From Pseudomonas phage 201phi2-1: 32,000 nucleotides of DNA. The number at the start of each line of letters is the position of its first letter. Position 1 is the first letter of the stretch. The notes under the pieces are model-generated. The model was not told the origin of the DNA. It worked only from the letters and a program-made list of their open reading frames with translations, and searched no databases. This document shows, piece by piece, positions 8,695 through 16,457 of this stretch. Location of the stretch: the sequence record NC_010821.1. One strand, 5' to 3'. The position numbers and the translations under genes are program-made.

Positions 8695-9822
8695 ATGTTG
8701 AACTTAGCTAATGCCTCTTTTACGGGCGTACCTAATGACACGGTCAAGAAGATCGATGTACTGGGCGACGTTGGGGATGAACTACAGAACAGTTTAGTTT
8801 CAAAAGTATCTGCATTCGATACTAACCTTGACGGTATCATTACCAGTTCCCTTAAGTCGATTAAAGGGATTGGGGACGCAATACTTAATACGGGACTCGA
8901 TCTTCCATCAGCCCGTGACCGGATCAAAGAAGCCCTAGGTGGTTCACGTTATGCTATATCAGAAATCTCTGAGGTATTGGAACGTGGTATCACTGGCGAC
9001 ATGACCGGTATTGATGAAGGTACAGGTTACGTACGTGGTGCTAACACCATGATCGACAACGTTAAGCTGGTAATGAATGGCGTTGACCGTACGTTCAACC
9101 AATCGGGCTATAAGAACGTTTCCGGTGTAATGGGATTCATCCGTGATCTCACAGGCAACCAACTGATCCAGTCGTTTGACTTGGGTGCTGAGGCTGCTCT
9201 GATCAAAGGGGTTATTACCGAGGTTAGTAAATGGGGTGTACCTGAACTCATCGATGAAACCTTTGGAGCTAAATGGAACGAGGACACTAAGTCTTATAAC
9301 TACGACTACAGTGACGAGTTTAGATTCAGCGTAACCAAGCGTGCATCTGATTCTATTTCACCTTCGACTAATCTAGCGGTTATCCAGACCCTTATTACCC
9401 ACGGCGGCGATAAAGCATTGGTCGCTGAAAACCCACAATTCCCAACTCAATTGTTGAATGGTTACGTGATTCCAGATGGCTGTATCCAAGGTGGCCCTTA
9501 TCCAGTAGACCCAGCTGATCCATACGGTGCACAGACAGTACCTAACTATCGGCATCAAGGTTATTCCTTAATCAAGATCCTAGACACACTTGACCCTACT
9601 TGGTTTAAGGTAGAACGGACTTATCATACCGGACAAGACGATATACCGTTTGCTAAAGACACTGTATGGCGATTAGAGTACCTTCAGACCGCCTCAGATG
9701 GCGCTAAGACGGTTTTATCTACAGATGCTGACCTACGTGACGCTTTACTCGCAGCGCCGTTCTATCGCGTTGAATCGGGCGTTAATCTACTTAAGTCAAT
9801 GTACCCTTATATTGTTCTTTAA
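8695..9822 (+). CDS. Hypothetical protein, possibly virion structural (375 aa; ORF track start 8668)
   Basis: Intact ORF; the ATG at 8668 sits on the terminator tail, so 8695 (MLNLANASFTGVPND) is the more likely start. Confidence 0.78.
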   Translation: MLNLANASFTGVPNDTVKKIDVLGDVGDELQNSLVSKVSAFDTNLDGIITSSLKSIKGIGDAILNTGLDLPSARDRIKEALGGSRYAISEISEVLERGITGDMTGIDEGTGYVRGANTMIDNVKLVMNGVDRTFNQSGYKNVSGVMGFIRDLTGNQLIQSFDLGAEAALIKGVITEVSKWGVPELIDETFGAKWNEDTKSYNYDYSDEFRFSVTKRASDSISPSTNLAVIQTLITHGGDKALVAENPQFPTQLLNGYVIPDGCIQGGPYPVDPADPYGAQTVPNYRHQGYSLIKILDTLDPTWFKVERTYHTGQDDIPFAKDTVWRLEYLQTASDGAKTVLSTDADLRDALLAAPFYRVESGVNLLKSMYPYIVL

Positions 9823-9827
9823 TATGG

Positions 9828-9846
9828 CCTCCCTTCGGGGAGGTTA
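9828..9846 (+). terminator. Intrinsic terminator, UUCG tetraloop
   Basis: CCTCCC-TTCG-GGGAGG-TTA. Confidence 0.7.
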
Positions 9847-9877
9847 TATGCCGCATTATTAGAAGCCTTTTAAAGAG

Positions 9878-9885
9878 TATATTAC
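9878..9885 (+). promoter_or_regulatory. Candidate phiKZ-type early promoter element TATATTAC
   Basis: Octamer matches the AT-rich early promoter consensus I recall for phiKZ; it lies downstream of a terminator and upstream of a gene cluster. Confidence 0.35.
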
Positions 9886-9994
9886 TGTTGTGAATTAACA
9901 CCCTTCTATCAACCAAAGGAGTACTTAATATGGGACCTTAAGTTAGAAGAACTACCTACTCAAACATGTCAGTTAACTAAAAGAGGTATTTGTC

Positions 9995-10111
9995 ATGAGC
10001 GTTAAACTGCGTTGGCAAGTTGCTGCAATTGTGGCGGTAGGTTCGACCATTCAAACTATGGCCGTTCTCTACGTTGTTAGAAAGGCACCCAATATCTGGG
10101 TGGATGTGTAA
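9995..10111 (+). CDS. Small (38 aa) single-TM protein
   Basis: MSVKLRWQVAAIVAVGSTIQTMAVLYVVRKAPNIWVDV with AAGAGG upstream of the ATG. Not in the ORF track because of size. Confidence 0.6.
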   Translation: MSVKLRWQVAAIVAVGSTIQTMAVLYVVRKAPNIWVDV

Positions 10112-10140
10112 TCGCGTTACGGATTACGCTTTAACTAACC

Positions 10141-10175
10141 AACCACGACCCTTGCATGATGTAGGGGTCGTGGTT
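10141..10175 (+). other. 11-bp perfect stem-loop AACCACGACCC / GGGTCGTGGTT
   Basis: Inverted repeat with a 13-nt loop, immediately upstream of the start at 10191. Confidence 0.6.
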
Positions 10176-10190
10176 CATGAGTAATGTGCC

Positions 10191-10967
10191 ATGGAAAGAA
10201 TATATGTAAAACACTACATCCTCGCAACCTACGGCAACACCTCTGCTTCCGACTACCGAGTGAACGCAATGAACGAGTTGGTTCACCGTTATGAGGTTGT
10301 AACGGAACGAATCACCAAAGCTCTTTTGGCGAACGGGATCGAAAACCCAGAGGCGTTGATCACCTATAGCTTTCGTATGCTTGGAGACCACCATGATGAT
10401 GTATTTCATCGCAGGGAAATGGTTGAAGTGGACTTCAAAGCGCTCAAGGAAGATAGTTCGAGTTTTCCGTGGGAAAGCTGGGGGTGGGTGCAGGCATTCC
10501 AACCGCTCGTCGATGTCGCTGGGTTCACTATCGTCGAGATCGATTCGGAATATCAATCGTTTGGGCCAGAAGCTACACCGGAAGTTGACTACATCCAACC
10601 AGTCTATCGGATCTACGAAAAAGGTAGGCCCGAATACGTCAAAGGCGGCTTTACTAGTTCGCGCAATAGACGGGCTGGGGATAATCCTAAAGGGTTTTAT
10701 GAAGAGGTAATTAAACCCTGCGGGAAGCTGTTAAAAGAAAACGTTGCCTCCGTGGTAGCTGTGACCGGTACCATCGTTTCGGTTGTTGTACTCTGGCGTG
10801 CATCGCAGACAATGGTTCACGACCTTGAAGAGAAGCAGGCTGAAGCTAGCCAGGTTCTCCACTATATTGAGGAGATGGTGTCGGATGTAATCGATATGCC
10901 TCAGATAGTGAAGGTCGAGTTTCCAGACGACAGTGAAACGGTTGGGGTTGGTCGTCGGACCTGGTAA
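10191..10967 (+). CDS. Hypothetical protein (258 aa) with C-terminal membrane tail
   Basis: Intact ORF; tail 'ENVASVVAVTGTIVSVVVLWRAS...IVKVEFPDDSETVGVGRRTW'. Confidence 0.8.
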   Translation: MERIYVKHYILATYGNTSASDYRVNAMNELVHRYEVVTERITKALLANGIENPEALITYSFRMLGDHHDDVFHRREMVEVDFKALKEDSSSFPWESWGWVQAFQPLVDVAGFTIVEIDSEYQSFGPEATPEVDYIQPVYRIYEKGRPEYVKGGFTSSRNRRAGDNPKGFYEEVIKPCGKLLKENVASVVAVTGTIVSVVVLWRASQTMVHDLEEKQAEASQVLHYIEEMVSDVIDMPQIVKVEFPDDSETVGVGRRTW

Positions 10968-10973
10968 ACAATT

Positions 10974-11001
10974 ATGCTCCCTCGAAAGGGGGAGCATTTT
11001 C
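10974..11001 (+). terminator. Intrinsic terminator
   Basis: ATGCTCCC...GGGAGCAT-TTTC downstream of the stop at 10967. Confidence 0.75.
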
Positions 11002-11018
11002 TAACAATGGAGTATAAC

Positions 11019-11243
11019 ATGGAATTCTTCCATACCCTCCCTTTCGTGTACCAGTCACTGATTGTCCTCACATTAATCGTGGGTGCGATGAAACTCGGTG
11101 TTAACGAAATGGTGATGTGGCTATTTTCGGCATTCGGTAATCGGGGAATTCTCTTTGGAGCAATTCTTCTGATCGTTCTGTACCTAGCTTTCTTATGTGC
11201 AGTAGTTGCTTCCATCTGCTACTTCTTTTACTCGATCTGGTGA
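11019..11243 (+). CDS. Small membrane protein (74 aa; ORF track start 10974)
   Basis: GGAG-TATAAC-ATG at 11019; two hydrophobic segments. The track start lies inside the terminator. Confidence 0.7.
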   Translation: MEFFHTLPFVYQSLIVLTLIVGAMKLGVNEMVMWLFSAFGNRGILFGAILLIVLYLAFLCAVVASICYFFYSIW

Positions 11244-11246
11244 TAC

Positions 11247-11486
11247 ATGGAAATCGTTGAAGCTATACAAAACCTCGAAATGACCTACCGAATTGCGATC
11301 TTCTGTTTGTTGGTGTCTCTGGGGATGTTCGCCACCCGTGACTACATCAACGAACTGCTTACTCGTTGGGGTGGAGCTGTCGAGTTTTATCTCGATAGTT
11401 TCTTGGGTACAGTCCTTTTTGCATCTTGGATTGGTACCGCAATTGGGGTGATCCGTTTCGGTGTTCAAATAGTCTTTGGAGTCTAA
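11247..11486 (+). CDS. Small membrane protein (79 aa)
   Basis: Intact ORF MEIVEAIQNLEMTYRIAIFCLLVSLGMFATRDYI... with hydrophobic segments. Confidence 0.72.
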   Translation: MEIVEAIQNLEMTYRIAIFCLLVSLGMFATRDYINELLTRWGGAVEFYLDSFLGTVLFASWIGTAIGVIRFGVQIVFGV

Positions 11487-11875
11487 TGATGGATACGCTA
11501 CTTGACAATTTTGTTAAGGCTCAACTGCAACCAGTAATGAATGCCTACTCGTGCTGGCTCGGTCCAGAGTTTCATTCCAAGCGTACCCCTATTGAAGGTG
11601 GTGTCGATAATCTGATCACCTACTCGATGGATAAAGGTGCGAAGTCATATATCCATTGGATGGTGTGGAATGTCCACACTGACGACGGCGCTTTCAAAAT
11701 TCGCGTTGAATGGGCTATGCATGAATGCCATACGCTGGAGTTCATCCGTCCTGAAGACGCAACCTTCGATCAATGTCAGGAAGTTGTCGCATTGGTACTG
11801 AAAGACATCTACGAACAGTTGATGGCTTATACTGAACGCGAAGGCTGGCCTAGTGAAAACATGCAAATCTGCTAG
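11486..11875 (+). CDS. Hypothetical protein (129 aa; ORF track start 11426)
   Basis: TTGGAGTCTAATG with start/stop overlap to the previous gene. Confidence 0.75.
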   Translation: MMDTLLDNFVKAQLQPVMNAYSCWLGPEFHSKRTPIEGGVDNLITYSMDKGAKSYIHWMVWNVHTDDGAFKIRVEWAMHECHTLEFIRPEDATFDQCQEVVALVLKDIYEQLMAYTEREGWPSENMQIC

Positions 11876-11888
11876 GGTTAAACAAAAC

Positions 11889-12320
11889 ATGAATAACGAA
11901 AATTACAAAAAGCTGGTACTGACTCTTCTGCACTCCTACACTCTTGCTATTCGCGCAGCGCATCCACGTGAAGCGGATAAGGAGCTTTACCATCGGTTGA
12001 TCGATACCACCAACCTGACCGGACACAAGTTGTTCGAGAAACGTTCGGATCATCGTCACTTCATTGCGACTGTACAGTTCGCAGATGGCCCTCAGCGGAT
12101 CATGACGGTGTACCACAACTCCAACACCGGAAAGCTCGATGTGGATATCGACAATCCGTTGGTTGGTGAAAACATTGAGGATGCATTTGAGGACATCATG
12201 ATGATCCTCATCCAGGTATTGCAAATGGCTGCCGGTGTAACTATCTCTGAAAGCATGGCGGGTGTTCGAAGCCATACTTCTGAGATCGCTGTAGCCATCG
12301 CTAAGATGGGCACGCGTTAA
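11889..12320 (+). CDS. Hypothetical protein (143 aa; ORF track start 11853)
   Basis: ORF MNNENYKKLVLTLLHSYTLAIRAAHPREADKELY.... Confidence 0.72.
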   Translation: MNNENYKKLVLTLLHSYTLAIRAAHPREADKELYHRLIDTTNLTGHKLFEKRSDHRHFIATVQFADGPQRIMTVYHNSNTGKLDVDIDNPLVGENIEDAFEDIMMILIQVLQMAAGVTISESMAGVRSHTSEIAVAIAKMGTR

Positions 12321-12332
12321 GACGACATAAAA

Positions 12333-12352
12333 GCCAGTCCTTCGGGACTGGC
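12333..12352. terminator. UUCG-loop terminator between convergent gene blocks
   Basis: GCCAGTCC-TTCG-GGACTGGC between the stops at 12320(+) and 12375(-), followed by an AT/T-rich tract. Confidence 0.8.
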
Positions 12353-12374
12353 AATTATGCTTTTCTTTTTTGTT

Positions 12375-13238
12375 TCAACGCAACCAGTTAGGCTTACGAA
12401 TACCTTTAGCACGATCCCAGCCCAGTGTAGTGATCAGCTCACTTACGTCGTGGGTAGCAGATTCAAGACCCAGGCCAGTACGGCGCCTGGCTTCGTCCTG
12501 CATGCGCCACAGTGTATCTGGCGTAATGACCCGTTCTGGTTTGCATTCAGCCTCAGTGAAGCCCTCAAGAGCTGGAGAACTGTATTTGTTGGCAGTAAAG
12601 ATACCGCCTTCACCTACGAAGTCCCAAGTCGAGATTTCACGAGTATACTTAACACCACGATACGGATCATCTTGAGTGATGGAACGCACGGAGCAATAAG
12701 TGTTAATGCTTGGGTTATCGAGTGAGTCTTTAAAGACCTGTGCAAAAGGACCGTATGGCTTAGCCTCAGCTACAACCATAGTTACAGCCTTACCTTCTTC
12801 ATTGCGACCTGGCATCAGAGTCAGGTTACGAATGTGTGCACATACCCGGTTGTCATCAATCTGACGAATACGAGTGAGATACTCAGTATCAGACATTGGC
12901 TTACGAACTACACGACCATCGATCAAAAGATCAGTGAACGGTTCAGGGTGTTTGAATTCCATGAACAGAACGCCTTTCTTCAACCGACGCATCAATGAGC
13001 TATTAGGCTCGAACATCGCTCGACCAGAAGCTTCATCGTAGAACATACCAGCTGAGTTGTTAGTGCCATAGCTACCAACAACCAGCGTGTAGTATCCATC
13101 AGCCGAAGCTGGTAAGATACCACGTTTATTAGTGCCAGCCAACATAGCGCAGCCTACGGTAACCGCTGCGTTAGAGGTTGGAACCTGACCCATGGGATTA
13201 GGGACTGTACGCCCCACAACAACACCACTCAGATTCAT
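12375..13238 (-). CDS. Probable prohead protease (phiKZ gp175-like); ORF track start 13292
   Basis: 288 aa from ATG 13238; gene-order position next to the RNAP genes, plus motifs 'HPEPFTDLLIDGR', 'RVCAHIRNLTLM' and 'NPSINTYCSVRSIT' resembling the T4 gp21/phiKZ protease family. Family call from memory, not searched. Confidence 0.6.
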   Translation of the reverse strand: MNLSGVVVGRTVPNPMGQVPTSNAAVTVGCAMLAGTNKRGILPASADGYYTLVVGSYGTNNSAGMFYDEASGRAMFEPNSSLMRRLKKGVLFMEFKHPEPFTDLLIDGRVVRKPMSDTEYLTRIRQIDDNRVCAHIRNLTLMPGRNEEGKAVTMVVAEAKPYGPFAQVFKDSLDNPSINTYCSVRSITQDDPYRGVKYTREISTWDFVGEGGIFTANKYSSPALEGFTEAECKPERVITPDTLWRMQDEARRRTGLGLESATHDVSELITTLGWDRAKGIRKPNWLR

Positions 13239-13251
13239 AAGAACATTCCGA

Positions 13252-13971
13252 TTAAGTACGGAGCAATTCCTCGATGAGTTCAACTGTTTCACTAGGGTTA
13301 ACCAGTGCAGAGTTGATACCCTCGGTGTAATATGCGCCGTTGAGTTTAGAAGTCGTATCGGAGGTGTTCCAAATAACAGATCGGAATGGTACTGTAACTG
13401 GAGGTTTAGTCAGTACGTCTTCCGGCCTTGCTAGGATGTGCCGATACAGCCGATTCATATCATCGGGATCTCGAGCGATAGTAGAGATAATTAATTCAAT
13501 TACCGACCGGCCACCCAAGTTAACTCCAGCGTGTTCTTCAGCTGTGTCGAACATGTTTGCAATGTCGAAATAGTTCATGTACCAAGGGATATTACCCTTA
13601 GCGATAAACTGGTCGTACATGTAGTAAGTCAGGGTGTCAGTCACAACCAGTGCAGTCGTATAGATAACTGTGTCACCTGCCTCAAATTGGAATTCGATAT
13701 AAGGTTCGTCTTTTATGACTACCTTTTCGGTAGAGCTAGGAGAGATCCGCATCATAGCGATTGTCTTGTTTACAGCGTATCGGTCACCCATGATGATCGG
13801 GAAGAAACCGAAAATAAAAACCTCACTGCCAATGACAGCGAGGTTCTTAGCGGTAAAGGACTCAGGGATCTGAATCCGACAAGGTTCGCTACAGACTACC
13901 GATCCAGACTCCGTTCGATGCAAACGTGCTTTGACGTATTCAGCATCTCGTTTGAGTTGGAAGATATCCAT
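13252..13971 (-). CDS. Hypothetical protein (239 aa)
   Basis: Intact ORF MDIFQLKRDAEYVKARLHRTESGSVVCSEPCRIQIPESFTAKNLAV.... Confidence 0.8.
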   Translation of the reverse strand: MDIFQLKRDAEYVKARLHRTESGSVVCSEPCRIQIPESFTAKNLAVIGSEVFIFGFFPIIMGDRYAVNKTIAMMRISPSSTEKVVIKDEPYIEFQFEAGDTVIYTTALVVTDTLTYYMYDQFIAKGNIPWYMNYFDIANMFDTAEEHAGVNLGGRSVIELIISTIARDPDDMNRLYRHILARPEDVLTKPPVTVPFRSVIWNTSDTTSKLNGAYYTEGINSALVNPSETVELIEELLRT

Positions 13972-14002
13972 GGGTTAACCTCTTACATTTTTTTGGTAGC
14001 TT

Positions 14003-14299
14003 TTAATTCTGCGGTCGAGTCATGGCAGCAAAACCAGCAAGCGGGTCACCGAACAATTTAGTTAGGCTGGTGCTATACTTGTCTTTCCGCGCACGTTCTT
14101 CGGCCATCAAAGGAGAACCCTGATGGATATCTTGCAAGCGTGCTACCCGTTCAGGTAATGACAATGTTTCATCAATACCCATCTCATTGCACTCTCTAGC
14201 AACTCGCGCTGCCGCATCATAAGCTTCTTGCTTGGTGAAGTACTGTGGTCCAGCTTTCTTCATGGTGGTCTCAATAGATTCACCCCGCCGCTCTTGCAA
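14003..14299 (-). CDS. Hypothetical ORF (98 aa; TTG 14299 or ATG 14263 start), possibly the -1-frame extension of the upstream 629-aa protein
   Basis: Coding-like translation; the same frame is open upstream to ~14373 (ELSQPSSEAWGPEELKRRLDRLQERRG...) without an ATG or GTG. Confidence 0.65.
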   Translation of the reverse strand: MQERRGESIETTMKKAGPQYFTKQEAYDAAARVARECNEMGIDETLSLPERVARLQDIHQGSPLMAEERARKDKYSTSLTKLFGDPLAGFAAMTRPQN

Positions 14300-14355
14300 G
14301 CGATCGAGGCGTCTCTTTAGTTCTTCAGGTCCCCATGCTTCTGATGAAGGCTGGC

Positions 14356-16245
14356 TTAGTTCAAAGGGGTTTCGTCATCCTCTTCAGCAGCTTTGTCTTC
14401 TTCAGACTCTTCTTCTGCTGTTTCAGATTCTTCTGCGCCTTCGTCAGTCTCCTCGGACTCTTCTGATTCCTCAGTAGTGTCAGATTCTTCAACCGTGTCA
14501 TCTTCCAGATCAGCGTAGGCATCTTCCTCTTCTGGCTCACCACCAAAATCAGTTTCGTCTTCAGTGGTTTCGACTTCTTCAGTTACGCCATCAGGTCCGT
14601 CAATACCATCGGTACCGTCTTCACCAATAACTTCGTCCGTGGTCTCAACGACATCGTTCTCAGCATCGAACTCACCGCTAGTGTCAGTGGCCTCAGTTAC
14701 ATCAACTACTTCAGCAGTTTCTTCACCACCGTCTTCATAGTCAACTACCGCCAACAGACCAGAGTCATCGATTGCTCCACCTTCTTCAACTGCATTAGGA
14801 TCGATCTCAGGCAGGAAGTCTTCGATCACAATCTGCTTAGCGAGGAACAATGCAACCAAGCTAATAGTAGCCTGAGTATTCAGCTCACGCACCGACGCTT
14901 TAGGGAAGTCTTGACCCAGAGTATCGATAGTGTCCAAGTACTCGATGTAAGTGTCTTCAGGGAAGAACACACGACAGATCAGAGTAGAGAACACTTTGTA
15001 CGGGTTGGTGTAGTCATCACGACGTAGGTAGCGCAGTGATTCTTTCAGCTTAGGTTCAATCTCAGGAGACCAGCGGTCTTTAAGGATTTCCCCACGAGCA
15101 ACTTCACGGAAGGTCGAGATAACGTTATTGATACACTGACGCTCAGCGTAGTCAATTGCCGATTGCTTGATCAGCGGATAGATTGCATGCCAACGAGCGA
15201 TGAACTTATCTGAACCCGCCACAATGTGACGCAGATGAGTTACGCCTGTGTTCTCAATAGCTGCACCCAGTACAGCTTGGAAGTCACCGCCACTAATGAT
15301 CCATGGATCGAATACGTCACCGTTTACTGTCACAACAGCACGACGAGTTTCAATTGGATTAATAGCTTCGTTACGCAGAATCAGGTCGCCATCTTCACGA
15401 GCTTCCGCACGACGAATGTAAGCGCGCATCAGGTAGAAGCCAAACATCTCATGCAGCAACTTGAAGGTGTGTTGCCAATCTTCCAGAGAAACGTCAGTAC
15501 CAGGCACTTGTTCTGGATTATCGATGTAATGACCACACAGGAAATATGCGGTGAGAATATCGTCAACATTAAAAGGAGCCGCTTGCATGGACAGGTAAGG
15601 CAGGGCTGCTGGGGCAACTGGGCCTCCACCAAACAGACTGTTCCAAACAGCCAGTTGACGGTCAGCGCCAACCTTCAGTGCCCACTCGGTAACCTCTTCT
15701 TGTTCCATGTGCGGGTTGTTGATAGCACACATCTCAATGATAGCATCAGCGGTCACTGGAGACAGTACGTAAGAATCATAAATTTCTTTAGGTCGTACGT
15801 TAGTGTAACGAGTGTTAACATGGTTCACCAACACTGGGTTATCGTGAGGAGCCAGATAACGCCAAGGCACAACTTCATACTCAGCCTGTGCAACTGCTTG
15901 CTGTAGGTTAGCAAACGTTTTATGCATTTCTTTAACGGCTGGGATAATAACGTTTGAAGTATTAAACTGAATTTTGGATACGGCGTTAAACAGGTTGTTA
16001 ACAATAGCTTCACGCGAATCGTCAGCAGCAGGAGTGGAGTCCTGATTGATCTCATCGAAGTGATCTTCTACCGCAACCATCTCGGTATCAGGCAAAGCGG
16101 TATTGGTCGGCTCAGAATCGACTTGATAGGTATCAGCAAATACAGCCAAGGGGAACTCTGGGTTCCCCAAGGTCAGTACTTTACCTTCCCGAGTCAACTG
16201 TTGGGCACCGTCACGGACTGCGTCAAGAGTTTCGGATTGGTACAT
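14356..16245 (-). CDS. Hypothetical protein, possibly virion-associated, with long acidic C-terminal region (629 aa)
   Basis: Intact ORF; last ~170 residues are dominated by D/E/T/S. Confidence 0.82.
   Translation of the reverse strand: MYQSETLDAVRDGAQQLTREGKVLTLGNPEFPLAVFADTYQVDSEPTNTALPDTEMVAVEDHFDEINQDSTPAADDSREAIVNNLFNAVSKIQFNTSNVIIPAVKEMHKTFANLQQAVAQAEYEVVPWRYLAPHDNPVLVNHVNTRYTNVRPKEIYDSYVLSPVTADAIIEMCAINNPHMEQEEVTEWALKVGADRQLAVWNSLFGGGPVAPAALPYLSMQAAPFNVDDILTAYFLCGHYIDNPEQVPGTDVSLEDWQHTFKLLHEMFGFYLMRAYIRRAEAREDGDLILRNEAINPIETRRAVVTVNGDVFDPWIISGGDFQAVLGAAIENTGVTHLRHIVAGSDKFIARWHAIYPLIKQSAIDYAERQCINNVISTFREVARGEILKDRWSPEIEPKLKESLRYLRRDDYTNPYKVFSTLICRVFFPEDTYIEYLDTIDTLGQDFPKASVRELNTQATISLVALFLAKQIVIEDFLPEIDPNAVEEGGAIDDSGLLAVVDYEDGGEETAEVVDVTEATDTSGEFDAENDVVETTDEVIGEDGTDGIDGPDGVTEEVETTEDETDFGGEPEEEDAYADLEDDTVEESDTTEESEESEETDEGAEESETAEEESEEDKAAEEDDETPLN
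14362..14368 (-). promoter_or_regulatory. Candidate -1 ribosomal frameshift slippery heptamer C CCU UUG
   Basis: In-frame X_XXY_YYZ heptamer two codons before the TAA of the 629-aa ORF (ACC CCT TTG AAC TAA); SD-like AGAGGA about 9 nt upstream; -1 frame open for ~120 codons. Confidence 0.5.
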
Positions 16246-16256
16246 GTGTTAGCTCC

Positions 16257-16457
16257 TCAGTTGTAAGCTTTGAATTTAAGAATGCGACCAATCACACTGG
16301 CCTTGATATCGTTAGCTGTGATGTACTCGCCTTCGATGGTATTAGCTGCGGAGTCAGAACCCATGGTACGAGCGATTGCCTCGTATGCCAATTCAGCTGC
16401 GGCGGTCAGAACAGCTAAGTTCTGACCATGTACTACGTTGTTACTTTGCTTTTGCAT
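16257..16457 (-). CDS. Small hypothetical protein (66 aa) overlapping the end of the RNAP beta gene
   Basis: ATG at 16457 overlaps the final codons of beta (stop at 16441); MQKQSNNVVHGQNLAVLTAAAELAYEAIARTMGSDSAANTIEGEYITANDIKASVIGRILKFKAYN. Confidence 0.7.
   Translation of the reverse strand: MQKQSNNVVHGQNLAVLTAAAELAYEAIARTMGSDSAANTIEGEYITANDIKASVIGRILKFKAYN

Noticed and set aside
10974-11018. Track start at 10974 for the 89-aa ORF
   Set aside because: This ATG is inside the terminator stem; ATG 11019 has a well-spaced GGAG.
12357-12725. Plus-strand 122-aa and 101-aa ORFs opposite the protease gene
   Set aside because: Antisense to the protease ORF; they start within the terminator tail and lack coding features.
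15226-15906. 226-aa plus-strand ORF antisense to the 629-aa protein
   Set aside because: No ribosome binding site, antisense to a coding-like frame, and cysteine/histidine-rich shadow composition.
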